Assembly: GCA_963708075.1 (NCBI GenBank)
Contig: OY970194.1
Span: 3,680,001-3,744,000, forward strand
Source: Sedimentisphaerales bacterium
GTDB taxonomy: Bacteria > Planctomycetota > Phycisphaerae > Sedimentisphaerales > Anaerobacaceae
Direction: 5' to 3'
Length of the DNA: 64,000 bases
In this document: piece by piece, positions 28,622 to 37,387 of the stretch
Layout: each line of letters starts with the position of its first letter
Numbering within the stretch: the stretch's first letter is position 1
Made by a program: the position numbers and the translations under genes
Notes under the pieces: generated by a model
Told to the model about the DNA's origin: nothing
Seen by the model: only the letters and a program-made list of their open reading frames with translations
Database searches by the model: none

Positions 28622-28717
28622 CCATCGCCAAGACCTTCGGTCTTGACGCTGCCACCCATCAAGTCACTCCCATGGCGCAGGTATTGGGTGGCAGCGTCAA
28701 GCGCAGCTTGGCGATGG
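28622..28717. repeat. REP pair, GTGG family, downstream of RAYT (outward-facing)
   Basis: Inverted B unit 28622-28657 then A unit 28686-28717. Confidence 0.93.
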
Positions 28718-29654
28718 CTCGATTTGCGATAGCCTTTGTGCGCGAGAGTTCCAAACTTGACGCTTTACGATAGCCGGTGATGGTCACATTGTGATCCGGC
28801 TGCGCTTCTACGATGGCGTAGGAATTGCTATCCGGGCCGTGACCTTCCACCATAGCCTTGAGGGTGTAGTAGTGAATGTCATGGATATGATTATAGCTGC
28901 CTTCGTGGTGGTGGCCTTGGAAGACGGCGAATACCCTGCCTGATGACTGCAGGACCTTGCGGACCTCGGATGCGTTCTTTACATAGACGGACCCTATGCC
29001 ATCAAGCAACTGGTGGATGAAGATAACAACAGGGCTGCGGGACATGGCAAGGTCCCGCCGGAGCCAGTCGAGCTCATGAGCCGGGATGTTGGCATCGGTC
29101 CAATCGAAATTGCCGTGATCGTAATCACTGCCCTCGGCCTTGTAGTTGGCATCGAGGACGATGCAGTGCAGGTCTTTCGCGTCGAATGAGTAGTAGCTGC
29201 GGGCGATATCAATGCCGGTGTTCTCAATGTGTGAGAGAAACTGCTGTTTCGAGATGCTGTCCATGTCATGGTTGCCGAGGACGTGGTACGTCGGCCCATG
29301 GAATGCCTGAAGCACGGCCTCCACATCTTGGAGGTATCGCAGAGTCCTGCTTTCAATGGGTCGCCTGTCCTGGTCCTTGAGATCGCCGAGTTCGATGAGA
29401 AAGTCCACTCCCTCCGCATCCATTCGGGCCACACACTCGGCCAGCTTGTCCAGCGATTCGCGATAGAACCGCGTGCCCACGGCATCCGCGTCGGCGTAAT
29501 GGCAATCGGTGACGATTCCAAAGCGAATCGACCCTTGGCTGCGGATCGACAGGTTGCCGGGCGAGCAGGAAAGCGACGCAAGGGTTGCTCCTGCCGCAGA
29601 GCGTAGGAATGCCCGGCGGCTGATCATCCAACGCTGTTCATGGGCGCATTGCAT
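28659..29654 (-). CDS. Calcineurin-like metallophosphoesterase, Tat signal
   Basis: SRRAFL; TDCH, LGD, LGNHD, IHQ, QGHHH. Confidence 0.9.
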   Translation of the reverse strand: MQCAHEQRWMISRRAFLRSAAGATLASLSCSPGNLSIRSQGSIRFGIVTDCHYADADAVGTRFYRESLDKLAECVARMDAEGVDFLIELGDLKDQDRRPIESRTLRYLQDVEAVLQAFHGPTYHVLGNHDMDSISKQQFLSHIENTGIDIARSYYSFDAKDLHCIVLDANYKAEGSDYDHGNFDWTDANIPAHELDWLRRDLAMSRSPVVIFIHQLLDGIGSVYVKNASEVRKVLQSSGRVFAVFQGHHHEGSYNHIHDIHYYTLKAMVEGHGPDSNSYAIVEAQPDHNVTITGYRKASSLELSRTKAIANRAIAKLRLTLPPNTCAMGVT

Positions 29655-29658
29655 GGCA

Positions 29659-31803
29659 TCAAGCCTGTTTCAGGATCTCGCCGCGCATCGGCATAGAGCG
29701 GATGCGCACGCCTGTGGCGGCGAAGACCGCGTTGCCGATGGCCGGGGCAAGAGCGATGATCGGCGTCTCACCGCCACCGGCGGAGGGGATGTCCGTCTTG
29801 TTGATCAGGTGGACATCGATCTTGGGGACGTCGCGGAATCTTGGCACACGGTATCCGGCGAAGTTGGCGTTCAAAATCTTGCCGTCTTCGAACTGGATTT
29901 CCTCGAACAACGCGCCGCCCAGACCCATGACAATGCAGCCCTGGACCTGAGAAGTCAGGTTGGCGGGGTTGATGATCGGGCCGCACTCGAAGGCCTCGCA
30001 GACCTCGCGCACTTTGATCTCGCCCCGTTTGCGGTCGATGGCTACTTCCACACACGCCGCGACGACGGAATTCTTCTCGGTCCCGCAGGCCAGTCCCACA
30101 CTCAATTCCGGTGTGACCTTCTTCTTACGCTCGGCCCAGTTGAAGTGTTTCGCGGCCGCTTCGAGGACAGTGCGGATACGAGTATTCTCGAGGTGAGCGA
30201 GCCGGAACTCCAGCGGATCGGCGCCTGCCGCCGCGGCCAGTTCGTCCATGAACGATTCTCTGGCGAAGTTGTTGCCCGTCGCTGCCAGGCAGCGGTACGC
30301 ACCCTGAGCCAGGGGAGAGTCGGAGCCCACAGACTGCGCTCGCTTGTTCGGAATATTGTAGGGTGTGTCAACCGCCGAACCGCCGGCATTGATATTGACG
30401 AAATCCCAGGCGATGAGCGAGCCTTTCGCATCAAGCCCGCCTCTGCATTCAATGACCGCCGCCGGCCGGAAATAGGCCCAGGTAAATTCCTCGGCCCGCG
30501 TCCAGTGCACCATGACCGGCCGCCCGGCCGCTTTAGCCAGACGCGCCGCTTCCTGCGCCGCCGGAGCGGCATGTTTTCCGCCGAATCCGCCGCCCATGTC
30601 AGGCACAATGACCCGCACCCGCTCGACGGGCAGGCCGAACATCCGAGCCAGATCGCGCTGCGCCGCCGGAGGGTTGTCGACGCCCGCCCACACGGTCAGC
30701 TTATCGTCCTTCCATTCGGCAACGCCCGCCCGCGGTTCCATCGGCGTGTGCTGGATATAGGCCAGGGTGTACGTCGCGCTGAGCGTCTTGGCCGCCTCGG
30801 CAAGACCCTTTTCAGCGGACGATCCTCCCGCATCCCCCATCCGGGCGTGTTCCTTGAGATACGCATGGACGGTTTTGTTCGATGGCTGCGGGACGGTCTT
30901 CCAGGAGGCCGTTTTGGCCGCGGCTTCGAGAGCCCGGGTCGCGAGAAACACCGACGGGGCCGTGAAACCCACGAATTCGCCGTCCTGCACCACGACGACA
31001 TCCTTCATGGCCTTGGCTTCGGCCAGATCGATGGATTGCAGGGTGGCCTTGTATGAGGGCGGACGCAAGACCCGGCCGTAGAGCATGTTTGGGCGAGTGA
31101 CGTCTGATGGGAACTGATGCGCCCCGGTCACCAGATCGCGGTTGTTGGCCCGGGCAACCGAGGCGCCCATCACTTTCCAGTCACTCACCGCTGTCAGGGC
31201 AATGTTGGACTCAATCGGCTGTTTGAACGCCTCGGCAATTTCCCTGGACTTGGCGAGGTCCGCGTAGGTCAGTTTCTGGCTCGTCGCCTTATTCGTGATG
31301 GCACCGCCGCGCACCTCCAAACCGCTCACATCCACCTGCCATTGCTTAGCCGCGAAACGCGTCAACAGCTCGCGGGCGGTCGCAGCGGCCTGTCGCATCG
31401 GAGGCACGTTCTGCGGCGTCGTCCGGCTGCCGGAGGTCCCGCCGTCATCCGGCACGAAATCCGTGTCTGCCATGACAATGCGAATTCTGTCGAAGGGCAC
31501 CCGCAACTCTTCGGCCGCCGCCTGCGAGAGCTCGGTGCGTGCGCCCTGGCCCTCCTCCACCTTGCCACTCATCACAGCGATGGTGCCGTCTTCGTTGAGA
31601 TGCAGCCTTGCCACCACAGGCATGCTGCCCCCGCCGCCCCCTCCTCCGCGTCGCTGCGCCAGGGAGAGCCCTTCTGTTACGGTAATGAGAAGCCCCGCTC
31701 CCAGCGACTGTATGAACATTCGCCGGTTGAGAGTTGGATTGAGTTCGCCACTCTTGCGCCCAGACTCGGATTTCAAATTTCGAATTTTGAGATTTCGGTT
31801 CAT
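29659..31803 (-). CDS. Molybdopterin-binding large subunit, IorB-like, copy 2
   Basis: NRRMFI; KVEEGQG, HTPMEP, GGGFGGK, AYR, FARES, GGGET. Confidence 0.92.
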   Translation of the reverse strand: MNRNLKIRNLKSESGRKSGELNPTLNRRMFIQSLGAGLLITVTEGLSLAQRRGGGGGGGSMPVVARLHLNEDGTIAVMSGKVEEGQGARTELSQAAAEELRVPFDRIRIVMADTDFVPDDGGTSGSRTTPQNVPPMRQAAATARELLTRFAAKQWQVDVSGLEVRGGAITNKATSQKLTYADLAKSREIAEAFKQPIESNIALTAVSDWKVMGASVARANNRDLVTGAHQFPSDVTRPNMLYGRVLRPPSYKATLQSIDLAEAKAMKDVVVVQDGEFVGFTAPSVFLATRALEAAAKTASWKTVPQPSNKTVHAYLKEHARMGDAGGSSAEKGLAEAAKTLSATYTLAYIQHTPMEPRAGVAEWKDDKLTVWAGVDNPPAAQRDLARMFGLPVERVRVIVPDMGGGFGGKHAAPAAQEAARLAKAAGRPVMVHWTRAEEFTWAYFRPAAVIECRGGLDAKGSLIAWDFVNINAGGSAVDTPYNIPNKRAQSVGSDSPLAQGAYRCLAATGNNFARESFMDELAAAAGADPLEFRLAHLENTRIRTVLEAAAKHFNWAERKKKVTPELSVGLACGTEKNSVVAACVEVAIDRKRGEIKVREVCEAFECGPIINPANLTSQVQGCIVMGLGGALFEEIQFEDGKILNANFAGYRVPRFRDVPKIDVHLINKTDIPSAGGGETPIIALAPAIGNAVFAATGVRIRSMPMRGEILKQA
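31769..31797. repeat. Degenerate AT-rich heptamer array at CDS N-terminus
   Basis: GATTTCA AATTTCG AATTTTG AGATTTC, read as NLKIRNLKS. Confidence 0.65.
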
Positions 31804-31809
31804 GGGCTC

Positions 31810-32280
31810 TTACCTCCGCATCTTTTCCGCCGCGCGGCGGACGGCGTTCGTGATCTTTACATACCCGTTGCACCGGCATATGTTCCCATTCATCCCCGCG
31901 ACGATCTGCTCGTCCGTCGGGTTCGGATTCTCCTTGAGCAGCGCCACCGCCGACAGGATCATCCCGCCGGTACAGTACCCGCACTGCATCGCCCCTTCTT
32001 CGAGAAACGCCTCCTGAACCGGGTGCAGAGTGTCGCCCTGAACCAGTCCTTCAATCGTCGTGATGGCCTTCTTGTCGGCCTGGGATACAGGAGTGACGCA
32101 GGCCAGGGTGCGCTTGCCGTCCATCAGGATAGTGCACGCACCGCATCGGCCCTCGCCGCAGCCGTACTTGGGCCCCGTCACGTGCAGGTCCTCGCGGAGA
32201 ACTTCGAGCAGCGGGCGCTGGGGATCCGTCGTGACGGTCCTTTCCTGCCCGTTGACGACCATCGTAATCGTCACATCCAT
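31810..32280 (-). CDS. (2Fe-2S)-binding small subunit, IorA/CoxS-like, copy 2
   Basis: KYGCGEGRCGACT, QCGYCTGG, NICRC. Confidence 0.95.
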   Translation of the reverse strand: MDVTITMVVNGQERTVTTDPQRPLLEVLREDLHVTGPKYGCGEGRCGACTILMDGKRTLACVTPVSQADKKAITTIEGLVQGDTLHPVQEAFLEEGAMQCGYCTGGMILSAVALLKENPNPTDEQIVAGMNGNICRCNGYVKITNAVRRAAEKMRR

Positions 32281-32521
32281 AAGCAACCTCCGTCAAGTCA
32301 CAGGTTACCCCGAGCCGACTCAGCACGGCTTCTTGTTATCACATTGTACCGGTTCCGCCCGGCGCAGGGTAGGCCCTTGTTGGGGAATTGCCAGATCTCG
32401 CAGGTGACGAACGCGTCTGGTAGTATCCGGGAGGTTGCATCCGCCGGCGGATATGGTTCTACTATGTGACTGACTGTGGAATAGAACTTCATCCGAAGTG
32501 CAAGGATTCTGTATGAGAGAT

Positions 32522-34834
32522 ATGGCAGCACGACGGGCACGTACAACGCGCGATATCGTTTGTATTATGATCGTAGTGGTAGGCGGGACCAGCAAGGGAT
32601 CGAACGCTGTAGACCGGCCGATCATCGGCTATGACCGGACCGTCCCTCAGGCGGCTTTTGCCGCAGGTGAGATACGGAGGGCCATATTGAGCGTGGGGCG
32701 CACGGCCGTTGAGAGAGATCTTGACACCGCGATCGAGGCAGACAGTTCTCTGCGAATCCTGCTGGTCAGTGGTTCGAGTGACAAGGCCGGACGGATCGCC
32801 CGTGAGTTTGGCGCGACGACCAAATCCACAGGCTGGCAGGCATATTCCCTCCGATGCAGGAAGGACGGTGACCAGACAACATATGCGGTGCTGGCCACCG
32901 ATGCGGATGGGGTAATGTATGGAGGTCTGGACCTGGCCGAGGCGATTCGGCTTGGCATGCTGGCGGGTCTGGGCGACTCGGACCACACGCCCCACATCGA
33001 GCGCCGCGGCATCAAGTTCAACATCCCGCTGGACCTGCGTACGCCCAGCTATTCCGACAGTAGCGACGCCTTTCAACAGAATATCCCCGAGATGTGGAGC
33101 ATGGACTTCTGGCGGGAGTTCCTCGACGAGATGGCCCGGCACCGCTACAACGTCCTGACGCTCTGGAGCCTGCACCCGTTCCCGTCGCTGGTCAAGGTGC
33201 CGGAGTACCCGGACGTGGCGCTCGACGACGTGTGGCGGACCACGATGAAGCTGGACAACAACTTCAGCCACAGCGGCTCGGATATGGTCAAGCCCGAGAT
33301 GCTCGAGCACGTCGAGATCGTCCGGACGATGAGCATCGACGAGAAGATCCAGTTCTGGCGCGACGTAATGCAGCACGCCCGCGACCGGGGCATCGAAGTG
33401 TACCTGTTCACCTGGAACACATTCGTGTGGGGGGCTCAGGGGACCAGGTACGGCATCACAACGGACCTGCACAACCAGACCACGATCGACTACTTCCGTG
33501 CGAGCGTGCGCGAGACGGTCCTGACCTACCCGCTGCTGGCCGGGATGGGCATCACCGCCGGCGAGAACATGCCGAAGCCCTCGGGCGAGTTCTCCAAGGA
33601 GAAATGGCTGTGGCAGACCTACGGCGAGGGCATCCGCGACGCGCTGAAGTTGCAACCCGGCCGCCAGTTCCGCCTGATCCACCGCTTCCACATGACGGGC
33701 CTGGAGGAGGTGCTCAGTGAGTGGAAGGAGTATCCAGGACCCTTCGACTTCTCCTTCAAGTACGCCATCGCGCACATGTACTCCGTGCCGAACCCGCCAT
33801 TTATCAAAGAGGCATTGCCTCACCTGTCGCCGAAATTGCGCACGTGGCTGACCGTCCGCAACGATGACATCTACAGCTTCCGCTGGGGCGACCCCGAGTT
33901 CGCTCGCGCGTTCATTCGGTCTATGCCGGGGCGCGACAAGATGGCGGGTTTCTACGTGGGTCCCGACGGCTACTGCTGGGGCCGCGAGTTCCTCAGCACC
34001 GAGCCTGAGACGCCGCGCCAACTGGTCATGAAAAAGCAGTGGTACAGCTTCATGCTCTGGGGCAGGCTGAGCTACGACCCGAACCTGCCCGATGACCTGT
34101 TCAAACGCACCCTGGCGAAGCGTTTTCCGGAGGTCCCTGCCGATCAACTCTACACGGCCTGGGCCACCGCCTCGAAGATCTTTCCCCAGATCACCCGATT
34201 TCACTGGGGCGACATCGATATCCGCTGGTTCCCCGAGGCCTGCAAGCAGGACCCTGACGATCGCGGCTTCTACACGGTCCGCCACTTTATCGAAGGCCAG
34301 ACCATGCCGGAGAGCGGAATCCTCAACATCCGCCAGTACCGTGAGCAGGTCCTCAATGTAGGGGCGGGTTTCAAACCCGCCCTTGCAACGCCGATCCAGG
34401 TTGCCGAGGCTCTCAAAGGATATGCGGCGAGCACTCTAAAAGCCGTGGTGGAGCTTCGCCCGCACCAAGGTGACAATAAGGAGCTGCGCCTGACCTTAGG
34501 TGACCTGGAGGCCATGTCCCATCTGGGCAACTACTACGGCGAGAAGATTCTCGGCGCCGTGGACCTGGCCCTGTTCGACAGCACCGGGAACCCTGAGCAG
34601 AAGGCGGCCGCCATCCAGCACCTGCAAGCCGCTATGGAACACTGGCGCTTATACAGCGTCGCCTACACCCGCCAGAACAGACAGCCTGTCCTCTACAATC
34701 GCGTGGGCTGGGTGGACATCCCGGGCGCGCTGCTCAAAAAGGTTGAGCAGGACATCCAAATCGCGGAGAGCTGGCAGCCCGGCACGATCAAAGAACCTGT
34801 CGAACGCGGTGCCGACACACCTTTCCATAAATGA
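32522..34834 (+). CDS. Secreted glycoside hydrolase-like protein of uncertain family
   Basis: N-terminal region resembling GH20/GH67/GH115 N-domains (AYSL..GVMYGGLDLAE..RRGIK) followed by an aromatic-rich barrel-like region; start uncertain. Confidence 0.55.
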   Translation: MAARRARTTRDIVCIMIVVVGGTSKGSNAVDRPIIGYDRTVPQAAFAAGEIRRAILSVGRTAVERDLDTAIEADSSLRILLVSGSSDKAGRIAREFGATTKSTGWQAYSLRCRKDGDQTTYAVLATDADGVMYGGLDLAEAIRLGMLAGLGDSDHTPHIERRGIKFNIPLDLRTPSYSDSSDAFQQNIPEMWSMDFWREFLDEMARHRYNVLTLWSLHPFPSLVKVPEYPDVALDDVWRTTMKLDNNFSHSGSDMVKPEMLEHVEIVRTMSIDEKIQFWRDVMQHARDRGIEVYLFTWNTFVWGAQGTRYGITTDLHNQTTIDYFRASVRETVLTYPLLAGMGITAGENMPKPSGEFSKEKWLWQTYGEGIRDALKLQPGRQFRLIHRFHMTGLEEVLSEWKEYPGPFDFSFKYAIAHMYSVPNPPFIKEALPHLSPKLRTWLTVRNDDIYSFRWGDPEFARAFIRSMPGRDKMAGFYVGPDGYCWGREFLSTEPETPRQLVMKKQWYSFMLWGRLSYDPNLPDDLFKRTLAKRFPEVPADQLYTAWATASKIFPQITRFHWGDIDIRWFPEACKQDPDDRGFYTVRHFIEGQTMPESGILNIRQYREQVLNVGAGFKPALATPIQVAEALKGYAASTLKAVVELRPHQGDNKELRLTLGDLEAMSHLGNYYGEKILGAVDLALFDSTGNPEQKAAAIQHLQAAMEHWRLYSVAYTRQNRQPVLYNRVGWVDIPGALLKKVEQDIQIAESWQPGTIKEPVERGADTPFHK
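34358..34384 (+). repeat. GTAG-type REP in frame within CDS
   Basis: GTAGGGGCGGGTTTCAAACCCGCCCTT, read as VGAGFKPAL; 25/27 match at 41428-41454. Confidence 0.85.
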
Positions 34835-34898
34835 CGATATACATGCAGGTCGGTACGCTTGCATGATAGGGCTGTGGCAGAGCAAACATGGAATTCGT

Positions 34899-34987
34899 GG
34901 GTGGCAGCGTCAAGCGCAGCTTGGCGATGGTCTTCTCAAGACACTGTACAGCCATCGCCAAGGCCTGCGGCCTTGACGCTGCCACCC
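34899..34987. repeat. REP doublet, GTGG family
   Basis: A unit 34899-34930 and inverted B unit 34952-34987 between convergent genes. Confidence 0.92.
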
Positions 34988-35025
34988 GCTTCAATCGGCA
35001 CGTTCCTGTCGCACACCGGTCGATG

Positions 35026-36483
35026 TCAGCTCTCAAAATAGACACCTGTTTTGTCGAGAGCATCGCGCAAAGTCGGGTACGGCAGGTCGCGGGTGCCGCA
35101 GTTTCTGGCGGCGCACAGAGCGGCCGCAGTGCCGGCGCCCTGGCCCTGGCCCATGCAGCAGACGGTGTTCCGCGTGGACATGTGGGCCTCGTGGTCCGAC
35201 GTGATCATCATGCCCGCCGCCAGCAGGTTCTCGATCCCTGCGACACGAAGCGCCTTGTAGGGGATGCCGTACGTGCCGCCGTTCTTCACTTGGAGGCGAG
35301 GCGCGGAGTCGTGGAAGCCGTAGATCATGACCTCATCGTCAAAGTGCCTGGCATCGAGCACGTCGGCGAGTGTAATGTCATAATCGCATGCGATGAGCCG
35401 GCCTCGACGGATGCACAGTCTCGGGCTCGTGCGGGCCATGAACGCCTTCTCGCATCCCGGGACATACCGGCGGAACAACTCCACGGCCTTGGCCAAACGC
35501 CGGCGAATCTCCAGCTCGGCCTTGGCCACCTCGTCGCGATTGGTCGGGCTGACGGACATCTTCAGGTTGCACTTGATAAACATGAGATAATTGTCATGCA
35601 CGGTCGTGGTGATCATGCCCATGCCGATGGCACGAGCCCCCTCGGCCAGGCCCGGCACATTGACCCATTCGGCGCCGGCACGGACGATTTGATCGGGCTG
35701 GCCGCTGCGCATGCCCCTGGCCAGTTGTCCAACACCTTTGTTGGCCTTGATGAACTCGTAATACTTATCGATGGACACGTTGCCGATTCCCACGCTGTTG
35801 CACACGGCGTAGTCATTGGGCTCGGTGTATTTGGCCCCGGCGTATGCGGCCAGATCGCCGTAGGCGGTGCAGTCTACGAACGATTTTGCGTAGAACGCTT
35901 CGCGCCCGGAGCGGCTCTCCACGATCACGCCCCGGAGGCGCGGACCATCCATGATCGTGCCGGTCAGCAGTGTGTTGACGCAGACGAACACGCCTGCCTC
36001 CACGAGCATCTCGAACGTCACGAGCTTGTGCAGCTCCGTATCGATGCACGTGCAGACCGAATCGTAGTTGTAGCCCTCGGTCATCTCCGCGTGGCCGGAG
36101 CAGCCGCCCACCTTCATGAGGCGGTCGATGATCTCCTGCGGAACGCCACGCACCACCTGACGCTTCTGAACGCCGGGGAACGCCTTCCAGAGGTTGTAGA
36201 AGCTGTGCAGCGCGGTGCCGCCCTCGGTGACGGTGCCGCCGGGATAACCTTTGGCCTCAATCAGGGCCGTCTTGGCCCCCTGCCGTGCCGCCGCAATCGC
36301 CGCGACAACCCCCGCCGTCCCCGCCCCGGCGACGACGACATCGAACTCCCTGATGGCCAGTCTCCTGGCAGGCTCCTCATAATACTCTCCACTCGGATTC
36401 ACCGCCCCGACCGAAGCACTCTGGAGCACACCAAGGCCTGTCCCAACAGCCAGCATCCCCTTCGAAAACTCACGTCGATTCAT
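35026..36483 (-). CDS. FAD-dependent oxidoreductase (FAD_oxidored family), Tat signal
   Basis: NRREF; DVVVAGAGTAGVVAAIAAAR, VDCTAYGD, YGIPYKAL, NLLAAG, GQGAGTAAA. Confidence 0.88.
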   Translation of the reverse strand: MNRREFSKGMLAVGTGLGVLQSASVGAVNPSGEYYEEPARRLAIREFDVVVAGAGTAGVVAAIAAARQGAKTALIEAKGYPGGTVTEGGTALHSFYNLWKAFPGVQKRQVVRGVPQEIIDRLMKVGGCSGHAEMTEGYNYDSVCTCIDTELHKLVTFEMLVEAGVFVCVNTLLTGTIMDGPRLRGVIVESRSGREAFYAKSFVDCTAYGDLAAYAGAKYTEPNDYAVCNSVGIGNVSIDKYYEFIKANKGVGQLARGMRSGQPDQIVRAGAEWVNVPGLAEGARAIGMGMITTTVHDNYLMFIKCNLKMSVSPTNRDEVAKAELEIRRRLAKAVELFRRYVPGCEKAFMARTSPRLCIRRGRLIACDYDITLADVLDARHFDDEVMIYGFHDSAPRLQVKNGGTYGIPYKALRVAGIENLLAAGMMITSDHEAHMSTRNTVCCMGQGQGAGTAAALCAARNCGTRDLPYPTLRDALDKTGVYFES

Positions 36484-36585
36484 GGTCATTTCCTTTCATA
36501 GGTCCCCCCAAGCATACAGCCTGCCGTCGCCGGATTCAAGAGAGCTATGGACAAGGTGGGACAGATCGGCATATGATTTACCATA

Positions 36586-36611
36586 TTCGAATTTGAGATT
36601 TCGAGATTTCA
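36586..36611. repeat. Degenerate GAGATTT array in divergent intergenic region
   Basis: TTCGAATTTGAGATTTCGAGATTTCA; related run at 37349-37367. Confidence 0.5.
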
Positions 36612-36634
36612 CAGACTATGGAAAGGGCAGATGT

Positions 36635-37342
36635 ATGTGTATGACGAGAGTACGAGGGCACATGATGTGGGTTGCAGCTTTTGTAATTGTTGGGGCGACG
36701 ATCTGCACCGCGGGACAGAAGATTCAGCTCTTCGACGGCAAGACCCTGACCGGCTGGTCGGTCCACAGCGGGTTTGCCAAGTACCGCGTCGAGGATGGGT
36801 GCATCGTCGGGACCACCGTCCCCAAGAGTCCCAACAGCTTTCTGTGCACGGATAAGGAATTCGGCGACTTTATCCTCGAATTCGAAGTGAAGCTCGACAA
36901 CCCGGAGCTGAATTCCGGCGTGCAGTTCCGCAGCCAGATCGCACCGACGGAGCTGGCGTTCTGGTTCCGCGATCAGAACGGCAAGCCCTGGCAAAACGTG
37001 ATCCCCAAGGACCGCGTCTACGGCTACCAGGCGGAGATCGCGACAGAGAAAGCGGGCACCTCCGGCGGCATCTACGATGAGGCTCGCCGGGCCTGGATGA
37101 TGGCCGACGTGAAGAGCGACCCCAAGGCCGGCAAGGCGTTCAAGGACGGGCAGTGGAACAAGTACCGCATCGAATGCAAGGGCAGCTCGATCAAGACGTT
37201 CATCAATGACGTGCCCTGCGTCGATTTCAGAGACTCGCTGACGCCCCGCGGCATCATCGGCCTGCAGGTCCACGGCGTAGGCAACACGGCGACGCCCTAC
37301 AGCGTCCGCTGGCGGAATATCCAAATTGACGTGCTGAACTAG
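36635..37342 (+). CDS. DUF1080 (3-keto-disaccharide hydrolase family) secreted protein
   Basis: LFDGKTLTGW, DFILEFE, NSGVQFRS, GYQAEI, WNKYRIEC, IGLQVH, WRNI. Confidence 0.9.
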   Translation: MCMTRVRGHMMWVAAFVIVGATICTAGQKIQLFDGKTLTGWSVHSGFAKYRVEDGCIVGTTVPKSPNSFLCTDKEFGDFILEFEVKLDNPELNSGVQFRSQIAPTELAFWFRDQNGKPWQNVIPKDRVYGYQAEIATEKAGTSGGIYDEARRAWMMADVKSDPKAGKAFKDGQWNKYRIECKGSSIKTFINDVPCVDFRDSLTPRGIIGLQVHGVGNTATPYSVRWRNIQIDVLN

Positions 37343-37387
37343 CAGAGAGAATCTGAGATTTGAAGTTGGTGAAAGGGAACCACCCAG

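Noticed and set aside
27898..28717. REP cluster as a CRISPR array
   Set aside because: Units alternate in orientation, are dispersed as doublets, lack regular spacers, and no cas gene is present.
34888..35025. Shared peptide GGSVKRSLAM / AKLRLTLPP in several ORFs as a protein family
   Set aside because: These are translations of the intergenic REP units.
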